Translations under genes and position numbers: made by a program | Shown here: piece after piece, positions 11,319 to 18,829 of the stretch | How positions within the stretch are numbered: position 1 is the stretch's first letter | Layout: every line of letters begins with the position of its first letter | Notes under the pieces: model-generated | What the model saw: only the letters and a program-made list of their open reading frames with translations | Database searches by the model: none | What the model was told of the DNA's origin: nothing | DNA from: Gemmatimonadales bacterium | GTDB taxonomy: Bacteria; Gemmatimonadota; Gemmatimonadetes; Gemmatimonadales; GWC2-71-9 | Reading direction: 5' to 3' | Assembly: GCA_035526925.1 (NCBI GenBank) | Contig: DATLBL010000017.1 | Span: 21,071-85,070, forward strand | DNA: 64,000 nt

Positions 11319-12746
11319 TCACCGCGGTGCTCGGTGTGTGGGAGATGTCATGTCGACAATGTCGTCGCGTGGATCGGGCCACCGCCCCTGGTCAGGCCCA
11401 GGAAAACCTCCCAGGGCCGCGTCGAGGGCATGATCCGACGCCCGGAGACGTGCATCTGCGCCGACACGAGCCCGCTCGGCCCGAAGCAGGGCGAGCTCGG
11501 CGAGCGCCGGATCGAGTCGGGATGTCTCTCCGCGAGCGTACGCCGCCCGAGCCGCGTCGGCTGACTGCCGCGCAATCGTCACCTGCGAATCCGCCGCCGC
11601 CCGCTGCAGCGCGGCCCCGCGACATCGAGCGACCGCGAGCTCCACGTCGCCGAGCAATTCGTCCTGCAGTTCCGCCACCCGCGCGGCGGCGGCGGTTCGT
11701 GAGGCCTCGGCCTCCTTGATGGCTCCGCGGTTCCGGAAGGCGAGGAGTCCCGGGAGCGCCAGGGCGAGCGTCCACCGGTGCACACCCTGATCCCAGACGA
11801 ACCCGGGTCCGAGCTCCAGATCGGGATACTGACGCGCCACCTCCAGCCGTAGGCTCGCCTCGCTGACCGCATACCCTGCCAATGCCATCCCGATCTCGGG
11901 ACGAGAGCTTAACGCCAGCGTGGCCAGCGAATCGGCGCCGACCCGTGCGAGCTCGCCACAGCGCACCACGGGTTCGAACGTGAGATCGAGCGAATCGACG
12001 GCGACGGCGGGCACCGCGAGTGCGCTCGCGAGCGCCACCCGCGCCTCGAGCAGTTGGGATTCGACGGCACTCGTCCGCACCCGGGCATCCTGCGCTTCGG
12101 CGCCTGTCCGCGCCAGCTCGGCCGCGGTCAGCGACGCCTCACGGTAGCGATCGGTCTCGAGCTGCCGCACACCTTCGAGCGCCGCCACCTCCCTTCGGGC
12201 CAGCGCCAGATCCGCCGCGCCGGAAGACAGCGCGAGCGCAGCAGCGCGCACGTCGAGGACGACCCGCCATGCGGTCAGCCGCAACTCGGCTTCCGCGACG
12301 GCTGCCTGGGCTCGCGCACGCTGGACGCGCGCGCCGCGCTTTCCGCCCAGCTCCAGGTCGACGAGGCCGGCGAGAGAGATGACCCACGGTGAATTTCCCT
12401 CGCTGCCGGACACGGCTCGCTCGACTCCGGCCTCCAGGCCTGGCCGCGGACGCTCACCCGCCGTCCGCTCACTCGCCTGCGCGGTGCGCCAATCGACGCG
12501 CGCACGTGCCAGGTCCGACCGAGTGGCCAGCGCGACGAGCGCGAGCTGGCGGTCGTTCCATCGAAGACCCTCGGGCCGTGCGGTCCATCGCGCAACCCAC
12601 GCCAGCAGTTTCGGCTCCGTCAGCCGCCGCGCCCGGTACGCCGCCGGATGCAGGCCGAGCTCGAGCGGCGCCGGGGCGTAGCGCACGCAGCCCAGCGTCG
12701 CGAGCAGCAGGAGCGGGAGGCCGGACGGGTACCGGAACACGCTCAT
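11319..12746 (-). CDS. Outer membrane efflux factor lipoprotein (TolC/NodT family)
   Basis: I placed the start at MSVFRYPSGLPLLLLATLGC (lipobox) inside track ORF 11319..13241. The product has two Ala/Leu/Arg-rich coiled repeats typical of OMF proteins. Its ATG overlaps the xerD stop (ATGA). Confidence 0.8.
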   Translation of the reverse strand: MSVFRYPSGLPLLLLATLGCVRYAPAPLELGLHPAAYRARRLTEPKLLAWVARWTARPEGLRWNDRQLALVALATRSDLARARVDWRTAQASERTAGERPRPGLEAGVERAVSGSEGNSPWVISLAGLVDLELGGKRGARVQRARAQAAVAEAELRLTAWRVVLDVRAAALALSSGAADLALARREVAALEGVRQLETDRYREASLTAAELARTGAEAQDARVRTSAVESQLLEARVALASALAVPAVAVDSLDLTFEPVVRCGELARVGADSLATLALSSRPEIGMALAGYAVSEASLRLEVARQYPDLELGPGFVWDQGVHRWTLALALPGLLAFRNRGAIKEAEASRTAAAARVAELQDELLGDVELAVARCRGAALQRAAADSQVTIARQSADAARAAYARGETSRLDPALAELALLRAERARVGADARLRASDHALDAALGGFPGPDQGRWPDPRDDIVDMTSPTHRAPR

Positions 12747-13663
12747 CCTCGGGGGTGAAACTGCTTGTGTACAGAGCGCAGGTACTCGCGATCGACATGG
12801 GTGTAGATCTGGGTGGTGGAGAGATCGGCATGGCCGAGCATCTCCTGAACCGCGCGCAGGTCGGCGCCACCTTCGAGCAGGTGAGTCGCGAAGCTGTGAC
12901 GCAGCGTATGGGGGCTGACACGCTTGCCCAGCGCGGCGCGCTCCGCGGCACGCTTGACGATGCCCCACGCACCGACACGTGAAAGCGGGCGGCCCCGGGC
13001 ATTCAGCAGGACGCGGCCTTGGGACTCGCCATGGTCGAGCTCCGGCCGGAGCTGATGCAGGTACACCGACACGGCTCCGATAACGCTGCGGCCGATCGGG
13101 ACGAGGCGTTCCTTGCCGCCCTTCCCGAAGACCCGCACCAGATTTTCGGTCAGGAGCAGGTCCACGGTGCTCAGACCGCACAGCTCCGACACGCGCAGAC
13201 CCGCGCCGTACCCGAGCTCGAGCAGCGTACGATCGCGCCACGCCAGCGGCTCGTCGACTTTCGGGGCGGCCAGCAGCACCTCGACCTCGTGCACCGAGAG
13301 CGTATCGGGCAGCACGCGGCCACGACGCGGCGAGTCGAGACGATCGCTCGGATCGGCACCGAGCCGTCCCTCGCCCACCAGAAATCCATAGTAGGTGCGA
13401 ATGGCCGAGACTTCGCGGCGGATGGTCGCGGCGCTGAGGCCGAGATCCTTGAGCAGGTAGACGAAGTCGCGCAACAGTCCGCGAGTCACCTGGCCCGGCT
13501 CCCGGACGCCTCGGGACGCGGCAAACTCCGCGAGGCGCCGCAGGTCGCGAAGATATGCCTCGACGGTATTGTCGCTGTGACCCGCCTCGAGCGCGAGGTA
13601 GTCGCGGAACCCTTCCAGCCCGAAGTCGCGCGCGGCGCGTTCCCGCGCTCCCAGCGCCGTCAC
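12743..13663 (-). CDS. xerD: Tyrosine recombinase XerD-type
   Basis: The C-terminus reads HTLRHSFATHLLEGGADLRAVQEMLGHADLSTTQIYTHV...HPRG. The N-terminal core-binding region contains TVEAYLRDLRRLAEF. The GTG start at 13663 overlaps the upstream stop (GTGA), giving about 306 aa. Confidence 0.85.
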   Translation of the reverse strand: MTALGARERAARDFGLEGFRDYLALEAGHSDNTVEAYLRDLRRLAEFAASRGVREPGQVTRGLLRDFVYLLKDLGLSAATIRREVSAIRTYYGFLVGEGRLGADPSDRLDSPRRGRVLPDTLSVHEVEVLLAAPKVDEPLAWRDRTLLELGYGAGLRVSELCGLSTVDLLLTENLVRVFGKGGKERLVPIGRSVIGAVSVYLHQLRPELDHGESQGRVLLNARGRPLSRVGAWGIVKRAAERAALGKRVSPHTLRHSFATHLLEGGADLRAVQEMLGHADLSTTQIYTHVDREYLRSVHKQFHPRG

Positions 13664-14730
13664 ACCTGATGCCGCGCCTGGAGCCGGCGCGAGACCTCGG
13701 CGAGCTCGGCTGGCCCGATCGCCAGGAGCTCGGCCGCGAGGTGCATCAGGCGGGCTTCGTGCTCTCCGATGGCCCCATCGGCGAACGCCACCGTCCACAT
13801 GCGCTCGACCAGCTCCAGCCGTTCCGTCCGCCCGACCCGCTTGCGAAGCCGCCGGGCGTAATCGGCAAAGCGCATGCGTCGCTCGTCCTCGGGCGGCGGA
13901 GCCGGTGGTGTTCCGGGCGTGCCCAGCCCCCAGCGCGCGTGCAGATGCTCGGCGATGAGCCGGCGGTCCTCGGCTGTCAGCACCGGGTCGGCATAGGCCA
14001 GCTCGAGTACCACCAGCGCCGCGGCCTCGCGCGCGGAACCCTCGGCGATGTCGGTGCCGGCCAGGAACGAGGGCGCGGCCGGGTCGAGGGCGTCCCGGGT
14101 CGCGTGCCAGACGCGCTCCCGTCGTCGCTCGCGACGTCGCAGCAGAAACCACGCGCCGGCGGCGAGGGCCAGGATGAGCGCGGCGATGCCGAGCGTGCGG
14201 TTGACGCCGGCGATGAACGCGCTGATCCGCGCCCATTCGGAGCCGATCACGGCGCCCAGCATCGTGATCCCCCCGTACCAGATCGCGGACGCGAGTCCCA
14301 TCGGGACGAAGGTGCGCACCGCGCCGAGTCCCACCAGGCCCGCAAAGGGTGGGACCACGGCGCGGATTCCAGGCAGGAACCGGCTCACGAAGATGCCGAT
14401 CGTACCCAGACGAAGGTACTCGCGCTCGATCAGCGCCAGCGAACGAGGCGCGAGCAGGCGCCGACCGGTCGGCGAAGCGAAGAGCCGCCGGCCGTAGTGC
14501 CGCGACGCGAGATAGACTCCGGCCGCGCCCAGCAGATTGGCCAGCCATGTGACGAGGAAGACCGCGAGCGGCGTGGTCACGCCACGATTCGACAGGAACG
14601 CGCCGAGCGCCACGGCGGCATCGGAAGGAACGGGAGGAAGGATGTTCTCCACAGCTGAGAGCAGCCCGAGGACCGCGTACACGGCCGGCGGCGGCAAGCG
14701 CGTAACCCAGTCCAGCAGCGACTCGATCAG
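13660..14730 (-). CDS. DedA-family membrane protein fused to a C-terminal TerB-like domain
   Basis: The N-terminal half has DedA/SNARE-associated motifs (LLSAVENILPPVPSD, SRFLPGIRAVVPPFAG). After a further TM segment, the tail has a TerB-like signature (VAFADGAIGEHEARLMHLAAELLAI). The only SD-preceded start is CTG at 14730 (GGAGG-cgcg-CTG, overlapping the ispF stop). TTG at 14697 is an alternative. Confidence 0.75.
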   Translation of the reverse strand: MIESLLDWVTRLPPPAVYAVLGLLSAVENILPPVPSDAAVALGAFLSNRGVTTPLAVFLVTWLANLLGAAGVYLASRHYGRRLFASPTGRRLLAPRSLALIEREYLRLGTIGIFVSRFLPGIRAVVPPFAGLVGLGAVRTFVPMGLASAIWYGGITMLGAVIGSEWARISAFIAGVNRTLGIAALILALAAGAWFLLRRRERRRERVWHATRDALDPAAPSFLAGTDIAEGSAREAAALVVLELAYADPVLTAEDRRLIAEHLHARWGLGTPGTPPAPPPEDERRMRFADYARRLRKRVGRTERLELVERMWTVAFADGAIGEHEARLMHLAAELLAIGPAELAEVSRRLQARHQV

Positions 14731-15203
14731 CGCGCCTCCAGCAGTACGACCGCGATGACCGCGAGCCCTTCGCCGCGGCCGATGAAACCCATCCCTTCGT
14801 TCGTCTTGGCCTTCACGTTGATGGCGCCGGGCTCGAGGTCCAGCCGCGCTGCAAGCGCCGCAGCCATTGCGCCGAGGTGCGGTCCGAGCTTCGGCTCCTC
14901 CGTGATGACTGCGCAGTCGGCCTGGGCGAGCGCATACCCCCGGCCCCGGACGAGCTCGTGCGCCGTCCGCAGGAGCTCCATCGAATCCGCGTCTTTCCAC
15001 TGCGGATCGGTGTCCGGGAACAGTTGGCCGATGTTCCCCGCCCCCGCCGCGCCGAGGATGGCGTCCGTGAGCGCGTGCGCTACCGCGTCGGCGTCGGAAT
15101 GTCCGGCGAGTCCCTGCGGATGGGGAATGGTGACACCACCCAGCACGAGCGCGCGGCCCGTGGCAAATCGGTGGGAGTCGTAGCCGATCCCCACGCGCGT
15201 CAC
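14727..15203 (-). CDS. ispF: 2-C-methyl-D-erythritol 2,4-cyclodiphosphate synthase
   Basis: The translation reads VTRVGIGYDSHRF...GHSDADAVAHALTDAILGA...NVKAKTNEGMGFIGRGEG, a textbook IspF. The GTG start overlaps the mqnC stop (GTGA). Confidence 0.95.
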   Translation of the reverse strand: MTRVGIGYDSHRFATGRALVLGGVTIPHPQGLAGHSDADAVAHALTDAILGAAGAGNIGQLFPDTDPQWKDADSMELLRTAHELVRGRGYALAQADCAVITEEPKLGPHLGAMAAALAARLDLEPGAINVKAKTNEGMGFIGRGEGLAVIAVVLLEAR

Positions 15204-16258
15204 GCCGCGACCGCCTCCTCGATGACGCTGTAATCCTGTCGCCGGCGCATCGGGCGATAGCCCGCATCCCGAATGAGCCGGTCGATCTCCTGCAGCGTCG
15301 TCCGGTAGGTCGTGCCGGCGGCGGAGACGACGTTCTCCTCCATCATCAGGCTGCCGTAATCGTTTGCGCCGAAGCGGAGCGCCACCTGACCCACCTTGTG
15401 GCCCATCGTCACCCACGAGGATTGCAGGTTGGGCACGTTGTCGAGCACCAGACGGCTCGTGGCGAGCATTCTCAGGTAGGTGACCGCATCGGTCTTCTCG
15501 TAGTGCGACATCCCCGGAGTGCCCTCGGGTTGCAGCGGCCAGCAGATGAACGCGGTGAAGCCTCCCGTCCTGGCCTGCACGTCGCGCACCCGGAGCAGAT
15601 GCTCGATCCGGTCCTCGTCGCTCTCACCGAGGCCGTACATCATGGTGACCGAGGTCTTCATTCCCTGCCGATGCGCCTCCTCCTGCACCCCCAGCCACTC
15701 CTCGGTCTGCGCCTTCTTCCTGGCCACGCGCTCCCTGACGCTGTCGACCAGAATTTCACCGCCTCCCCCGGGGATGCTGTCGAGGCCGGCCGCCTTGAGC
15801 TCTCGCACGACCTCGGTGACCGAGAGGCCGAAGCGTTCGCCGAAGAAGACGACTTCCGACGGCGAGAACCCGTGAATGTGAATGGGGTGGTGACGCTTGA
15901 TGTAGCGCATCAGATCGAGGTACCACTCGAACGGTATGTACGGATTGTGGCCGCCCTGCAGCAGGATCTGAACGCCCCCGATCGCCTTGCACTCGTCGAT
16001 CTTGGCACCGATCTCCTCGAAGCTCAGGACGTACCCCTGGTTGTCTTTTGGTCGACGGTAGAACGCGCAGAACTGGCAGTCGGCGACGCAGACGTTGGTG
16101 TAGTTGATGTTCCGGTCAATGATGTATGTGACGACCGCGTCAGGATGCCGCCGCCAGCGCTCGGCGTCCGCCAGCTGTCCGAGCTCCAGGAGCGGAGCGC
16201 TCCGGTACAGTTCAAGCCAGCTCCTGAATTCACTTGAGGTCCGTTCTACAAGGGTCAT
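15200..16258 (-). CDS. mqnC: Radical SAM enzyme, cyclic dehypoxanthinyl futalosine synthase-like
   Basis: The translation contains IIDRNINYTNVCVADCQFCAFYR (CX3CX2C), ILLQGGHNP, IHIHGFSPSEV and AGLDSIPGGGGEIL. The MqnC versus MqnE assignment relies on remembered family motifs. The start is the ATG at 16258, with GTG at 16264 as an alternative. Confidence 0.8.
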   Translation of the reverse strand: MTLVERTSSEFRSWLELYRSAPLLELGQLADAERWRRHPDAVVTYIIDRNINYTNVCVADCQFCAFYRRPKDNQGYVLSFEEIGAKIDECKAIGGVQILLQGGHNPYIPFEWYLDLMRYIKRHHPIHIHGFSPSEVVFFGERFGLSVTEVVRELKAAGLDSIPGGGGEILVDSVRERVARKKAQTEEWLGVQEEAHRQGMKTSVTMMYGLGESDEDRIEHLLRVRDVQARTGGFTAFICWPLQPEGTPGMSHYEKTDAVTYLRMLATSRLVLDNVPNLQSSWVTMGHKVGQVALRFGANDYGSLMMEENVVSAAGTTYRTTLQEIDRLIRDAGYRPMRRRQDYSVIEEAVAA

Positions 16259-16328
16259 TTCCACAAACCTTTAGCGGTTTCACCGCAGGTCTCGTCGCGG
16301 CCCGTTTGCGCCATTCGCTGTCTCGGTC

Positions 16329-17150
16329 CTACGCCGCGGAGATGAACGACAGCGAGCCATCCGGGACGATTCCCTCGAGCGCCAACCTGCGGAAAAAATC
16401 CGTCAGGCCGGCAAGATGCCGGTAGGAGAGCGCGTAGTCGAGGTCGCCCAGGTAGGCACGGCAGACGGTCTCGGGCACCCCTGTGTCATTCGCAGCATCC
16501 CGCGCCAGCAGGTCCAGATGTGCGAGTCCCCACGCGCGAGACTCCAGCAGCCGTCGGTGCACCGACTGCACCGCTTCTGAGGCACTATCCCGTCGGGCAG
16601 CCCACACGGCAAACACGAAGGGCAGCCCCGTCCACGCTTTCCACTCGGCGCCGAGATCCACCCGCACGGGGTAGAGTTGCTGGGCGGCCAGCAGCAGTGC
16701 CGCGTCCCCGATTACAAGCACAGCCTCATGCGGCAGCCCCGCCAGGGCCGCAAGGTCCGATGCCTCGGCCCGCGCGGTGGCATAGCGCGGGCGCACGCCC
16801 CAACGGTGGCGCGCGACCAGATCCAGCAGCAGCACGGAAGTGCGCGAGGACGCGGTACGCAGCACGGTCCGGCCGTCGAGCTCCTCGACCGGCCGGCGCG
16901 AGAACAGCGCCACACTATGCACGGGACCGTCGCAGGTGATGGCCAGGTCAGGGAGGAGATGATAGGCGGCGGCGTTTCGCGCGTACTCGACTGCCGACAC
17001 GACGCTCACCTGCAGCTCACCAGCCGCGAGCAAGTCGTTCAGCTCCGCGGCGGTGCCGGTCACGAGCTCCGCGGGCATCGGCACGAGCCCGCGGTCGATC
17101 GCTCCGTAGACGGGACAACAGTTGATCCAAGGAATTCTGCCGACTCTCAT
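16329..17150 (-). CDS. mqnA: Chorismate dehydratase-like (MqnA/MqnD family) menaquinone biosynthesis protein
   Basis: The N-terminus MRVGRIPWINCCPVY resembles the MqnA IGxIxYLNxxP start. The periplasmic-binding-protein-like length (273 aa) fits. The gene sits between two futalosine radical SAM genes and has an ATGA overlap with mqnE. Confidence 0.75.
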   Translation of the reverse strand: MRVGRIPWINCCPVYGAIDRGLVPMPAELVTGTAAELNDLLAAGELQVSVVSAVEYARNAAAYHLLPDLAITCDGPVHSVALFSRRPVEELDGRTVLRTASSRTSVLLLDLVARHRWGVRPRYATARAEASDLAALAGLPHEAVLVIGDAALLLAAQQLYPVRVDLGAEWKAWTGLPFVFAVWAARRDSASEAVQSVHRRLLESRAWGLAHLDLLARDAANDTGVPETVCRAYLGDLDYALSYRHLAGLTDFFRRLALEGIVPDGSLSFISAA

Positions 17151-18343
17151 GCCGCGTGCACCACGGGGAGGGCGGCGCCACGCCGCAGGGACGGCTCGGG
17201 GGGTGGCTCGTCGAACTGCTCGCGCACCGTGCGATACAGACTATCGCGCTCCACCGGCTGCTTCCCAGCGCCCCGGATGAGACGCACCAGCTCGAGATAG
17301 GGCATGTGCATCTGGGTGGGCGCGCCGGCCTCGTGATACACGCGCTCGTACACCACCGTCCCCTCCACGTCGTCGCACCCGAAGCTGAGCGCGATCTGGG
17401 AAAGAAACGGCGTCACCATCGGCCAATGGGTCTTGATGTGCGGTACGTTGTCGAGGAACAGCCGCCCGATCGCGATGTTCTTCAGGTCCTCGTACCCCGT
17501 CGTCGCCGTACCTACCCGCCCCATCTCCTCGCCCAGCTCGTTGTGATCCGGATGGTACGCGAGCGGGATATAGGTCAGAAACCCGCCCGTGTCATCCTGC
17601 AGGCGCCGCAGCATCGTCAGGTGCTCGATCCTGTCCTCGGCCGTCTCGACATGGCCGTACAGCATCGTGCAGTTGGTCGGGATACCGAGCTCGTGCGCGG
17701 TGCGATGCACGCGAATCCACTCTTCGCCGGTCAGCTTCCGCTCGGCGATCGTCGCCCGTACGGCGCTGCTGAACACCTCGGCGCCGCCGCCCGGCATGCT
17801 GGTGAGACCCGCGTCACGAAGCGCTGTCAGGACCTCCCGCTCCGACACGCGCTCGATCCGCGCCAGATGCGCGATCTCGACCGCCGTCAGCGCCGTGATG
17901 TGCACCTCGGGATGACGCTCTTTCAAGCCGCGCAGCATGTCGGTGTAGTAACTCAGGCGCAGCTTCGGATGCAGTCCGCCGACGATATGGAACTCGCGAG
18001 TCGGCATTCCGCGCGCCTGGTCCGCCTCGTGAAAGATTTCCTCGAGCGAGCGGGTGTACGCCCCGTCTTCCTTCGGCATTCTGGCAAAGGAACAGAAGAC
18101 GCAGGTGTTGCGGAGAACGCAGACGTTCGTGGGGTTGATGTGCTGGTTGGCGGAGAACAGCACTCGGCTACCGTTCCGTCGGGCGTTCGCGTGCTCGGCC
18201 ATCCGGCCCAGGCCGAGCAGATCGCTCGTCGCATACAATAGCAACCCGTCAGCCGGATCCAGGCGCAATCCCTCCAGCACTTTCTCCGCGACCGGCCGGA
18301 GCGCGGTATCTCTCAGCCGGAAGGCGTCGATCCCTGCGGACAT
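17147..18343 (-). CDS. mqnE: Radical SAM enzyme, aminofutalosine synthase-like, with atypical CX5CX2C motif
   Basis: The translation contains NQHINPTNVCVLRNTCVFCSF, FHIVGGLHP, ITALTAVEI and AGLTSMPGGGAEVF. I placed the start at the ATG at 18343, which lies 6 nt after AAGGAG. The track ORF begins at GTG 18364. Confidence 0.8.
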   Translation of the reverse strand: MSAGIDAFRLRDTALRPVAEKVLEGLRLDPADGLLLYATSDLLGLGRMAEHANARRNGSRVLFSANQHINPTNVCVLRNTCVFCSFARMPKEDGAYTRSLEEIFHEADQARGMPTREFHIVGGLHPKLRLSYYTDMLRGLKERHPEVHITALTAVEIAHLARIERVSEREVLTALRDAGLTSMPGGGAEVFSSAVRATIAERKLTGEEWIRVHRTAHELGIPTNCTMLYGHVETAEDRIEHLTMLRRLQDDTGGFLTYIPLAYHPDHNELGEEMGRVGTATTGYEDLKNIAIGRLFLDNVPHIKTHWPMVTPFLSQIALSFGCDDVEGTVVYERVYHEAGAPTQMHMPYLELVRLIRGAGKQPVERDSLYRTVREQFDEPPPEPSLRRGAALPVVHAA

Positions 18344-18774
18344 CCTATCTCCTTGGGAGAGCACGTTTAAGCCTTCAGAAATGTAGCGCCAGAGGAGCGT
18401 TGGGGGCCAGCACCCCAGGCGGTCGCAGACCCGTGCGGCCCTCGTAGCTCCAGCGTGACGCCGAAGGTGGCCCAGGGCGGCGAAAGCGCCAACACGAGAT
18501 TGGCGCCACGGATGTTCGGTTGAACTTCAAAACGTCCCGCCGAGATCCGCGTTCGACTGCGATGCTGCGTTTACCAAAGTTGAGATCAGGCCTCGCGGCA
18601 TTGGTTTACAAACTTGTTGGAGGGCGCCACAAGCAAATTAGTTGGAAAACGTTTGTATGCGTTGCCGCACCTAAGGCAGCGTCGGCCTACGACTAGGCTA
18701 GCGTTGCATTTACCCACACTGTTCCACACAGGTGGTCAGCGACGTTTGGTTTGCTAACAACTATCAACAAACGC

Positions 18775-18802
18775 TTGCCCGGTGCGTTGGGAATGGTAGA
18801 TT
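18775..18802 (+). promoter_or_regulatory. Candidate extended -10 promoter for the orphan gene: TTGCCC-N16-(TGg)TAGATT
   Basis: The + strand reads TTGCCC ggtgcgttgggaatgg TAGATT, with TGG immediately before the -10. It lies about 28 nt upstream of the GTG start. GGAGGG lies 4 nt before that start. Confidence 0.4.
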
Positions 18803-18829
18803 GGGAGCCATACTGACATCGGAGGGTTT

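Noticed and set aside
12743-13663. The tyrosine recombinase as a marker of an integrated mobile element or island.
   Set aside because: The sequence has the XerD-type C-terminus and normal length. It is translationally coupled to its neighbours on both sides. I saw no flanking direct repeats, tRNA gene, phage or transposase genes, or GC discontinuity.
12743-14548. Long N-terminal extensions in the ORF track. These affect xerD (601 aa), the PerM ORF (737 aa), fabG (548 aa), sucC (698 aa), nuoN (984 aa), nuoM (1173 aa), nuoL, nuoK, nuoH, nuoE and trmL.
   Set aside because: The extensions run through the upstream genes in another frame and are Arg/Pro-rich. In each case a conserved family N-terminus begins at an internal ATG or GTG that forms a 1- or 4-nt overlap with the upstream stop.
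18486-18506. A tRNA or tRNA-like element, suggested by a 7-bp stem with a 7-nt loop and a nearby GTTCGA-like sequence.
   Set aside because: The stem is 7 bp rather than 5. The loop lacks the U33 pattern in either orientation. No acceptor, D or T arms can be drawn around it.
18562-18696. A 44-codon small ORF (MLRLPKLRSGLAALVYKLVGGRHKQISWKTFVCVAAPKAASAYD) in the large intergenic region.
   Set aside because: It has no SD or promoter-like element in front, its codon usage is unlike that of neighbouring genes, and its composition is unremarkable. It cannot be supported without expression data.
18700-18730. A chromosomal replication origin, suggested by two adjacent DnaA-box-like 9-mers in an AT-richer region.
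   Set aside because: There are only two imperfect boxes, no cluster of additional boxes, no AT-rich 13-mer-type unwinding element, and no dnaA/dnaN/gidA-type neighbours. I kept them only as possible regulatory sites in the finding for 18344-18829.
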